A stretch of DNA of 64,000 nt from Deltaproteobacteria bacterium. GTDB lineage: Bacteria > Myxococcota_A > Polyangia > GCA-2747355. Location: positions 134,945 through 198,944 of the forward strand of contig JACKDQ010000002.1 in assembly GCA_020633415.1 (NCBI GenBank), given 5' to 3'. Below, piece after piece: positions 10,301 to 17,605 of the stretch (its first letter is position 1; every line of letters begins with the position of its first letter). The notes under the pieces are model-generated. The model made no database searches. It was not told where the DNA came from and saw only the letters and a list, made by a program, of their open reading frames with translations. The translations under genes were made by a program, and so were the position numbers.

Positions 10301-11141
10301 TGCCGCTGCCGAGCAGCCCGATGGTACGCGCGTCGCCAAGCTGGCCGGCCTCGGCACACGCATCGGCGTCGAAGATGGTCGCTACTACAGCACCTCGTGG
10401 CATGACGGCGCTCGCCAGTGCGGTTACTTCTGGTGGGAGTGTCTGCACCACATCGGCTACTACCTCGATAAGATCATGGCGATCGAGGCGCTGACCGACA
10501 GCGAGACCAACTTCGTGGCTCGTGCCTCCCCGGAAGATCTCCGTCAATGGGAGGTCGGTTACTACAACACCTTCCCCGAGCAGATCGCCAAGATCAACTC
10601 GGCGATGTTGCGTAACGACTACTCGAAGCTCGGCCCGTACATGAAAGACGGCGTGTTGACCTTCCCCAACTACACCGGGGCGCTCGACACCGCGCAGAGT
10701 ACGGTGATCGACCCTTACGCGACGTTTACGGTCCAACTGTACTGGCAGGTGCTCGGTCAGGCGCGCTTCTTTAGCAACTACGACCAGAGCTTCCTCGACG
10801 ACTCGCGAGTGTTCGTGATCGGCACCGGCAAACAGCCGACGCTGCCGAGCGATAAGCTCTACACCTTCTACGACCCGCAATCGCACCAGACCTATGGCGC
10901 GATCAAGATGGAAGGCCGTACCGCTGGCGCCCATGCGGTGCTCGCGCGCGCCAATGCGTTGATGGCCCGCTCGGCCGCGTACTGTGACAAAGACGGCAAA
11001 GCTACGCCGAACCAACCGGACGACGATTGTCTCAACCCCAACAGCCAAGCTGGAGGCGAGCTGATCAAACACCTCGACATGATCAAGGTGATGGCGGACC
11101 TCAACGCCACCATGTCGTTCGGCAACCCATACGATCCCTAG
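7392..11141 (+). CDS. large zinc-dependent metalloprotease lipoprotein (met-zincin, DUF4953-like)
   Basis: Start MYRYLIAASALLFAASC (lipobox). HEVGHSLGLMHNF plus a downstream SVMDY motif. The track's N-terminal extension from 7173 overlaps the OMP gene and was rejected. Confidence 0.9.
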   Translation: MYRYLIAASALLFAASCGIERDPINQVQPNYVKKANLSGEWYYQRTVVDVPSSNGFTFVGGSDFSGLAKIRWDIQEDYLYARRTTELIKGADDKSNDVTGYKGEVIAAFAISKHFDIIKDYNPTTGEQINRVVENESDRPWYERDYMRIDWSANLVKNYQLDFEAASVEPVPYFVQKYDDPACERGTGELGDNTPPASDKCKLNPDAPYAESDFSYFDVTNKLFAKAGSIEIPGYGEVPLCWLRGEEFTECGAGEYSIRNSFLKIDDKRQYDPMPYKGKSTEMFGFFTADRLVYDGKQAVREQNKERYLTRHNLWVNWRDAQGKLIPYAQRKLRPIVYFVNRDFPEDLKHVAREVGRQYNETFTNIVKTLGHNPTGNVFILCENNPVKEGDPEQCGKAGNSPRLGDIRYSFMAYVPKFMEYGLLGLGPSNNDPETGEIFSGMAYVYHHNNTAAFRTQEMVELLSGKSDVNKYIDGVDLGEWLQRVNSGTTSGGRTHDLEAAKHMVEKLTTGWRAEYWKNNRYKLTATDELKQKTDGFDKWLEPHLDNLYYNHKILNGELRSANGRLAQLKGTYIEDLLLNKEMKLVAGKLPNDPAELTDDEKKRVSVVRGGFGRMLKLRAKTREKFAASRNMYLPEMADDALIGLARELKDKPTAETYNIIRTAIYTAVLTHEVGHSLGLMHNFGGSDDALNYHDEYWKIRDDGTVGPRLTDPITEAEKNAKIYNYAYSSVMDYAGRYTIDGKGLGKYDRAALMYGYAQKVEVYKDTVGIQASTMRDWHERDGEIVNFLITGPRATHYTLFYKTMGPKLYEASNRELVDASTLSADASVATINGKDMVRVPYIYCSHTRANLGDSCLTRDFGADSMERMQNILDELDTWYIQRNFPRGQVGVDHYGYVGNYYSRIYDRLKNWNDIYSLYVDLLPQFYSPAVLQGFFNDPENGWGDKTWAVQNAFNHLVQTVFSPNTGAYGAAAEQPDGTRVAKLAGLGTRIGVEDGRYYSTSWHDGARQCGYFWWECLHHIGYYLDKIMAIEALTDSETNFVARASPEDLRQWEVGYYNTFPEQIAKINSAMLRNDYSKLGPYMKDGVLTFPNYTGALDTAQSTVIDPYATFTVQLYWQVLGQARFFSNYDQSFLDDSRVFVIGTGKQPTLPSDKLYTFYDPQSHQTYGAIKMEGRTAGAHAVLARANALMARSAAYCDKDGKATPNQPDDDCLNPNSQAGGELIKHLDMIKVMADLNATMSFGNPYDP

Positions 11142-11310
11142 GCCGTTATCGCCGGGCCTGCCGGCCCGTCGTCGCCGACACGACCCCGAAGCGCCAAGCG
11201 CGACCTAGCGTGTCGGTGACGACAAAGAGGCACCGTTTGGGTAACAACCCACGGTGTGGCCCTGCGAGCCAATCCCAACCCCGCCGATCGGCGGGCGACA
11301 AACGTTCAAG

Positions 11311-11345
11311 ACGGGCACCTGCTGTTTGGGGTGCCCGTTTTCTTT
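11311..11345 (+). terminator. rho-independent terminator
   Basis: 9-bp stem ACGGGCACC / GGTGCCCGT with a 10-nt loop, followed by TTTTCTTT. Confidence 0.55.
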
Positions 11346-11385
11346 GGCCACAACGACGCGGCTGAAATCAAAGAAATAGTCGTCG

Positions 11386-12231
11386 ATGAGTCGAACGATG
11401 GGCTGGCGATCGCTACCGGGCCTGCTGTTACTGGCCGCGCTGACGAACTGTCCGGGCAAGGCGCCCCGCGGACTGCGCTTTGACAGTGGTTCAGACCTGC
11501 AACGACTGCGGCCCAAAGATGGACCTCCTGCCGAAAGCGACAGCGCTACCGCCGTCGATCTCAGCAAGCCGAGCGATGGGAGCGTGCCTCGGGTCGATCA
11601 GCGGGTGCCGACCGATGCTAAACCGCCCGACGCTGGACAGCCGCCCAAGCTCGACGGGGCGTCACCCAGCGCCGACAGCACCGTCGTCGATAGCGCCGCA
11701 AAGCTGGACAGCACCCCCATCGATAGCGCGCCACCGGTCGACAGCAGCGTCGACAGCGCGGCGGGCAGCAACCCCTGCCGACCGACAACAGCCACGCTCG
11801 TCAGCCAGCCGCTCGCCGACCTGGCGTTTTGCAGAAAATTGATCGGCGCGGTCAATCAATGCGGTGCCGCCACGCTCTGCAACGATGGCTGGCGCCTCTG
11901 TCCAGCGTCGGTCTATCAGACGCACTACCGCGCCACGCCCGCACCTCTGGCCGACGCTTGGATCGCCGGCTGCGTCGCTGAGTCCTCAGCGGGCTTTCTG
12001 CCGCTCGATCGGGTCTGCATCGGCTGCAGCTCTGGCCAGGGCGCTCAGCAAGACTTTGGCTGGCGATGCAGCGATCTCACGCCGGCCTACAGCAGCAAGG
12101 AGGTCGCCGTCGGCCTGACCAGCTCGACGACCTGCCACCGCGTCGGCATCGCGGTCACCGCGACCATCGGCCATTGGCGCACGCTCGGCGCCTGGATCCC
12201 GGTTTCCGCCGCGGTGTGCTGCAGAAAATAG
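11386..12231 (+). CDS. secreted lipoprotein: Pro/Asp/Ser-rich linker + Cys-rich C-terminal domain
   Basis: Signal peptide with LTNC lipobox. Low-complexity (V/I)DS(A/S/T) repeats. 12 Cys in the C-terminal 150 aa. Confidence 0.7.
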   Translation: MSRTMGWRSLPGLLLLAALTNCPGKAPRGLRFDSGSDLQRLRPKDGPPAESDSATAVDLSKPSDGSVPRVDQRVPTDAKPPDAGQPPKLDGASPSADSTVVDSAAKLDSTPIDSAPPVDSSVDSAAGSNPCRPTTATLVSQPLADLAFCRKLIGAVNQCGAATLCNDGWRLCPASVYQTHYRATPAPLADAWIAGCVAESSAGFLPLDRVCIGCSSGQGAQQDFGWRCSDLTPAYSSKEVAVGLTSSTTCHRVGIAVTATIGHWRTLGAWIPVSAAVCCRK

Positions 12232-12280
12232 CTCGAAAACAAAAGATATTTTCCGGGAGCGCGGGTCGTGACGCCATAGA

Positions 12281-12298
12281 TTTAACCATACGGTTAAA
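12281..12298. promoter_or_regulatory. 18-bp palindrome (operator-like)
   Basis: TTTAACC-ATAC-GGTTAAA, a perfect 7-bp inverted repeat in an AT-rich patch 42 nt upstream of the S8 peptidase ATG. Confidence 0.3.
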
Positions 12299-12339
12299 GC
12301 GCTTGTTTTGGCGGTGCCCAAGGATCCATACTGCCCGTC

Positions 12340-15144
12340 ATGTTTGGCTTCATTAGACGATGCTTGGCGCACAGGGTAATCACCTCGCTACTGGCCCTCG
12401 CGCTGCCGGTGAGCTGCGGCGGCGATGGGAAACATACCGCGCGAGACGCTGCGCCGGCGATCGATGGCGCGACCAGCGATGGGACAAAAGCCGACAGCGG
12501 TCCGGCGCCCGCGCAGTGCCTTGGGGGGTTGGTCGATCAGCCGTTGGGTGAAGCCGCGCTGCAAAGCGGGCAGCGTAGCGGCCGAGCCGAGCGACTAGCG
12601 ATCCCGCTTCACCGGCGCACGCTCAGCGCTGCCGACTTCTCGGCTCCCCTTTCGATCCGTCAGACGCCCCAGCTGGTCTACCTCTGGCTCAACGCGCCGA
12701 CCACCGCCGGCGATTGGCTCGAGCGCCGACAGCACGGCGTTCACTGGATCGAACACGTCAAAGACCGCGTACACCTGGTGTTGCTCGAGGCCGGCGTTAA
12801 CCCGGCGCAAATCACCGGGCTCCCCGAAGTCGCCGGCATTGCCGCACGCAGCTGGCGCGACAAGCTCGGCCCGGCGTTCGTCTATGACCCGCAGCGAAAG
12901 CGCGACATATTGGTGCGCACTTGGTCGCTCGTCACCGACGCCGCGGGCGGCAAACAACTCCAGCTCGGCCACCGCGTCATCCGCGCTCGCAGCCTTGCCG
13001 AGGCCGAGCAGATCGCCCGCCGCGCGACGGTGCTGCGCGTGACCGAGCACGTCGACGACAAGCCGCTGATCGACCGAACGCGTCGCGTGCTGGGCAGCGA
13101 CGACGTCAACAAGATCGATCTTAGCCAGTCGCCGCCGCAATATCTCGGCGTTAGCGGCAAAGGCGTGAAAATCGCCGTGGTCGACACCGGTGTCGACGCT
13201 GACCACCCGGACTTTCATCGCTTTGATAGCGCGGGAAACGATCTCGGTTCGCGCGTCGTCGGCGAAAAGCCTGGCGGCAGCGAGCCAGCGCATGGCACCC
13301 GCGTGGCCGGTGTGATCAGCGGCAGTGGTCGACACAGTGAAAGCAGCGAAGCCAAGCAGGAACAAGAGCCTTCGCCGTATAGCTGGCGTGGGCACGCCCC
13401 GGAAATCGACAAAATCGTCGCGCTCTATTTTGGCGGCTTGAGCGGCTTCACCAACCTCTACAAACAAGGGCTGCAAGCGCACAACACCTATCTGTCCAAC
13501 CACAGCCACACGATCACCACCGGCCCCTACAACGACGCAACCCAAGCCTATGACAGCATCCCGAACAAGGGCACCGAGGGGCTGGGCGACCCGGTGCGAC
13601 CGCCGCGCGTTGTCGTCTTCGCCGCGGCCAATAGTGGCAACAAGGTCGGCTTCTCCGACGCAACCTTCAAACTCCAGGGTTACTACAGCATCTTGGCCGG
13701 ACCGAAAAATGCGATCGTCGTCGGTGGCACCAACGGCAACGACCTAACCTACATGCCGTCATCCTCCAAGGGGCCAACCCTCGATGGCCGACTCAAGCCC
13801 GACGTCGTGGCGATCGGCGGATTCAACTACGGCCCGCTCGACGGCGCGGTGCTAGAGATCGCCGAGATCCGCTTGGTCGGCAAAGCACCCAAGCCAGATC
13901 GCGTCTGGACGTTCAATAAGGACGGCGACATGCTCGGCTGGACCGTCGAGGACGGCTTCGACGATGCACAGGTGAAGAACGGCTTTTTGCGCACGACCAC
14001 CTATGTCAAAGCGCAGGCGGGTGCGCTGCGCTTTTACGCCACCAAAGTCGACGGGAAGCCGATCGAAGCCACCGACTACGAGCGACTCGAAGTCAAGATG
14101 CGGGTGGCGATCAAAATTGTCCCGGACATCTACACGTGGACACGGTTCTGGGCGGTGCGCTGGGACACCAACGGCGACGAGGGGGTCAACGGCGAGGTGT
14201 TCCCGCAGTACGACAAGGCGAAGCGCACGCCAGGCGTGATCCAGACCCACCAAGCGAAGCTCAACGATCAATGGAAAGGGCAAATCCATTGGCTCCGCAT
14301 CCGCCCTTTCCCCTACGACAACCGCGTCGTGGTGCTCGAACCGGGCGCGCAATACGGCGTCGCTGGAGCAACATCGATCGCCGCACCGATGGTCAGCGGC
14401 ATTATCTCGCTGATGATCGACCGCTTGATCCACGACCAGGCGATCGACTTCGAAAACGCACCGCCTCTGCCGTCGACGATCAAAGCGATCGTGATTCACA
14501 CCGCGATCGACCTCGAGCATACCCAGAACGCCGCGCGTGAGCCGGACAACCCCGATACCAAGGCGCCGGTGCAGCATCATCTCGGACCTGACTTTGCCAC
14601 CGGCTACGGCCGCGTCGATGCCCGAGGGGCGATCGCCTTGATCGATGCCCACAAGCAAGCGACCAAATGGCGTGAGGCAGAACTGTCCGAGGGACAAACC
14701 CACAACTATCAACTGCGGGTCGATCGACGTCTCGCTGGATCGGGACCGCTCAAACTAACCCTGGTCTGGGATGACATGTGGGGCTCCCCGGAACTCAAGG
14801 TTACCGCATCGCAGTTGGTCAACGACCTCGACATCGTGGTGATCGATCCCGCTGGCAAAGCGCACTTCCCCTGGCACTTACCGCGGCTACCCTACGACGA
14901 TGCGACGATCGCCAGCGGTATCGACCCGATCAAGCCAACCGATGTGAAGGCAGCAACCCGCTGCGCGCGCGACACGTATTGGACCCCAGCGACGAGTGAC
15001 TGCGAGGACCACCAGAACAACGTCGAACAGGTGTTGATCGATGCGCCGGTCGCCGGTAACTACAAGGTGCTGGTACGCGGCAAGGCAATTCCCCAGGGAC
15101 CACAGAAGTACAGCCTGGTGCTCAGCCAGAGCTGCACCCCTTAG
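12340..15144 (+). CDS. S8 (subtilisin-family) serine peptidase lipoprotein, 934 aa
   Basis: Lipobox LPVSC. Catalytic triad contexts VAVVDTGVD (Asp), HGTRVAGV (His) and GATSIAAPMVSG (Ser). Large insertion between His and Ser. C-terminal P-domain-like tail. Confidence 0.9.
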   Translation: MFGFIRRCLAHRVITSLLALALPVSCGGDGKHTARDAAPAIDGATSDGTKADSGPAPAQCLGGLVDQPLGEAALQSGQRSGRAERLAIPLHRRTLSAADFSAPLSIRQTPQLVYLWLNAPTTAGDWLERRQHGVHWIEHVKDRVHLVLLEAGVNPAQITGLPEVAGIAARSWRDKLGPAFVYDPQRKRDILVRTWSLVTDAAGGKQLQLGHRVIRARSLAEAEQIARRATVLRVTEHVDDKPLIDRTRRVLGSDDVNKIDLSQSPPQYLGVSGKGVKIAVVDTGVDADHPDFHRFDSAGNDLGSRVVGEKPGGSEPAHGTRVAGVISGSGRHSESSEAKQEQEPSPYSWRGHAPEIDKIVALYFGGLSGFTNLYKQGLQAHNTYLSNHSHTITTGPYNDATQAYDSIPNKGTEGLGDPVRPPRVVVFAAANSGNKVGFSDATFKLQGYYSILAGPKNAIVVGGTNGNDLTYMPSSSKGPTLDGRLKPDVVAIGGFNYGPLDGAVLEIAEIRLVGKAPKPDRVWTFNKDGDMLGWTVEDGFDDAQVKNGFLRTTTYVKAQAGALRFYATKVDGKPIEATDYERLEVKMRVAIKIVPDIYTWTRFWAVRWDTNGDEGVNGEVFPQYDKAKRTPGVIQTHQAKLNDQWKGQIHWLRIRPFPYDNRVVVLEPGAQYGVAGATSIAAPMVSGIISLMIDRLIHDQAIDFENAPPLPSTIKAIVIHTAIDLEHTQNAAREPDNPDTKAPVQHHLGPDFATGYGRVDARGAIALIDAHKQATKWREAELSEGQTHNYQLRVDRRLAGSGPLKLTLVWDDMWGSPELKVTASQLVNDLDIVVIDPAGKAHFPWHLPRLPYDDATIASGIDPIKPTDVKAATRCARDTYWTPATSDCEDHQNNVEQVLIDAPVAGNYKVLVRGKAIPQGPQKYSLVLSQSCTP

Positions 15145-15165
15145 CGAACGACGAAAGGCAACACG

Positions 15166-15801
15166 ATGCGCGCTCTTTTGAAACTACTAAAAATCTCGCT
15201 GATTGTCGGCCTCGCTGCCTGCACAAAACAGGGCCCGCGCCCAGCGGCAGCAACGGTGAATTCCGGGGCGATGATAAAGAATCTCCCGCCCAGACCGGAC
15301 GATCAGAGCACGACGCTACAGCGCGCACCACGGGCCGATGAAATCGGCACACGCGAGCACTGGGGCACCACGACATCGGTGATCCGCGTCGGTCACCTGT
15401 TCTTCGCCGACGAGCTCAGCAAAGACGCCCTTCTCTTGGCCAAACAACGCGGCATCGAGCGCGTTATCGACCTGCGCGGTCCCGACGAGATCGCCGCCGC
15501 TGCGCTCAACGAAAAGCACGAAGTCGAGGGACTGGGCATGCAGTACGTCAACACGCCGGTCGTTAGTGGCAAGCCGTTCGATCGCGCCGAGTTTGCCGCG
15601 GTTAGCGCGAAGGTCGGTAACGGACCGACGTTGATCCACTGCCACAGCGGCAATCGCGTCGCCGCCTGGTACGCCGCCCATCTCGTCGGTCACGCCAACT
15701 TGAAGGTAGAGCAAGCGATCGAGATCGCTAACCGTGTCGGCCTAACCAAGGACAAGGCCCGCGAGATGCTGCGCAAGCTGCTGGCCAGCGGCGCGAAATG
15801 A
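15166..15801 (+). CDS. lipoprotein with Cys-based phosphatase-like (DUF442/DSP-type) domain
   Basis: Lipobox GLAAC. HCHSGNR matches the CX5R P-loop. Stop overlaps the next start (ATGA). Confidence 0.7.
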   Translation: MRALLKLLKISLIVGLAACTKQGPRPAAATVNSGAMIKNLPPRPDDQSTTLQRAPRADEIGTREHWGTTTSVIRVGHLFFADELSKDALLLAKQRGIERVIDLRGPDEIAAAALNEKHEVEGLGMQYVNTPVVSGKPFDRAEFAAVSAKVGNGPTLIHCHSGNRVAAWYAAHLVGHANLKVEQAIEIANRVGLTKDKAREMLRKLLASGAK

Positions 15802-16457
15802 GCACCAAGCAGATCGAGCTGGCCTTCGTCCGCCATCCCGTCGAGGAAATGGAGCGCCGCGCAGCGACGATGCTCGCCGAGCTGAAGATGCGGCGCTCGG
15901 TGCGTGAGTTTTCCGCCGAACCGATCCCCCGCCAAGTGCTGATCGACTGCATCGCCACCGCCGCCCAAGCCCCGTCGGGGGCCAACAAGCAGCCCTGGAC
16001 CTTCGTGTTGGTCACCGACCCGACACGAAAGCGCGAGATCCGCCAAGCGGCGGAAAAAGAAGAGCAGGCATTCTACCGCGGTGGCGCTGGTGAGCGCTGG
16101 CTGCGCGACTTGGCGCCGCTCGGGACCGGCTGGGAAAAGCCCTTTTTGGAAACGGCGCCGGCGCTGATCGCCGTCTTTGCCCAGACGCGGGGCAGCGAGG
16201 CCACCAGCCGTCACTACTACGTCCAAGAATCGGTGGGCATCGCCTGCGGCTTTTTGATCGCCGCCTTGCACCACGCCGGCCTGGCCACGCTGACCCATAC
16301 GCCTAGCCCAATGCGCTTTCTCAGCGAACTGCTCGGTCGTCCAACCCATGAGCGGCCCTATCTGCTGCTACCGGTCGGCTATCCGGCCCAGGGCTGCCAG
16401 GTGCCGGCCTTAGCACGCAAAGGCCTCGACCAACTCCTGGTCGAAAACCCTCGATAA
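15798..16457 (+). CDS. nitroreductase-superfamily flavoprotein, iodotyrosine deiodinase (IYD)-like
   Basis: End-to-end resemblance to animal IYD as I recall it (SGANKQPWTF, LLGRPTHERPYLLLPVGYP, VPALARKGLDQLLV). E89/Y93/K114 spacing equals the IYD Glu/Tyr/Lys triad spacing. Confidence 0.8.
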   Translation: MSTKQIELAFVRHPVEEMERRAATMLAELKMRRSVREFSAEPIPRQVLIDCIATAAQAPSGANKQPWTFVLVTDPTRKREIRQAAEKEEQAFYRGGAGERWLRDLAPLGTGWEKPFLETAPALIAVFAQTRGSEATSRHYYVQESVGIACGFLIAALHHAGLATLTHTPSPMRFLSELLGRPTHERPYLLLPVGYPAQGCQVPALARKGLDQLLVENPR

Positions 16458-16565
16458 TTAAAAAGGATACGGCGAATAACGCAGCGCGCCTTGCCTCGGC
16501 CGCCCCGTTGCGACTAGCCTCCGGCCGTCGGTCAGCAGTCCGACGCCCAAGCGGGAGGGGGGCCG

Positions 16566-17561
16566 ATGGGCTGGAATTTCTGCAGCATCTGGGTGCGCGA
16601 TCGCGCCCAGCTCGATCGCCAACAGGTTGTCGACGCCGTAGCTAGCTACTGGCGCAAACAGGGCGCCAAACCGCTCGCCGACCACTACATCGCGCTCTCG
16701 CCGTTTTCTCGGGAACGCGATCAGAAGCTGGCGATCGCGATCAGCGAGGCCGAAATGGGCTGGTACGCGCTGATGGATAGCGAGCGCTATAGTGCCGACC
16801 GGCTACTTGCCGCTCACCTGGCGGACGCCCTGCAAACCGAGGTGGTCTTGCACGGTGTCTGGGACGTCGTCGGTGCCACCGTCGAACGCATATTCGGCGG
16901 GGTCGACGGTGCTAAGCAGTCCAAAAACCTCCCCTATTTTGGGACGCACTATCAAAGCCTGGCCCCGCTGGCCAAGCAGGGTGAGGTCGCCGTGGTCGCC
17001 TTTTCTGGCCAGGCGCTTGAGCGCTACCAGCACATCCCGCCCGCCGATGAACGCGGCAGCCGCCAGGAGACCCAGCGCAACGACGCCTTCGCCCACCGCG
17101 AGCTGGCCAACAACGGGGACGTGGCGACGGCGATCAAAAACCTCGAGCGCTGCGGCAACAACGAAACCCTCAGTGCCGCATTGGCGCAATACTTCGACGC
17201 CCAGCGCGACTACGCCGACCCCTGCCAGCGCAATGTGGCCTTGGCGGTCGGTGACTTCGCCAGCCAGCGAGGCCTGCTCAAGAACGGCTATTGGGGACTG
17301 CGCTACTTCGAGGCCGCCGCGCGCGCCAAAGACCAAGGCGCGCTGGGTCAGGCCAAGCAGCTGCTGATCGGCCGCCCCGCACGCTTGGCGTTCTTTGCCG
17401 AAAAATTGTTAGAGAGCGACCACGACGCCGCGCTGGAATTATTTCAAGTGGCGATCGACCGCGGTTGGCGTCCAACGCGCCCGTACCTCGAACCACAGCA
17501 GGCAGAATCGCTCGACGAGCGCTGGGCTTCGCTCAGCGCCATGCTCTCACAACGGCTTTAG
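16566..17561 (+). CDS. hypothetical protein (331 aa)
   Basis: GGGAGGGGGG lies upstream of the ATG. Coding-like composition. No motif recognised. Confidence 0.6.
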   Translation: MGWNFCSIWVRDRAQLDRQQVVDAVASYWRKQGAKPLADHYIALSPFSRERDQKLAIAISEAEMGWYALMDSERYSADRLLAAHLADALQTEVVLHGVWDVVGATVERIFGGVDGAKQSKNLPYFGTHYQSLAPLAKQGEVAVVAFSGQALERYQHIPPADERGSRQETQRNDAFAHRELANNGDVATAIKNLERCGNNETLSAALAQYFDAQRDYADPCQRNVALAVGDFASQRGLLKNGYWGLRYFEAAARAKDQGALGQAKQLLIGRPARLAFFAEKLLESDHDAALELFQVAIDRGWRPTRPYLEPQQAESLDERWASLSAMLSQRL

Positions 17562-17605
17562 ATCGCGCAGACGGCGCTCGCAGACCGTCGCCGGCCCGCA
17601 AACTC

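Noticed and set aside
9423-11072. 549-aa ORF antisense to the metalloprotease gene
   Set aside because: It is Arg/Val/Ala/Gly/His-rich, which is typical antisense composition in high-GC DNA. It has no motifs. The sense strand carries an unambiguous HExxH protease with a consistent frame.
12595-14712. 316-aa and 286-aa ORFs antisense to the S8 peptidase
   Set aside because: The S8 catalytic triad motifs are in the + frame. The antisense ORFs are compositional artefacts.
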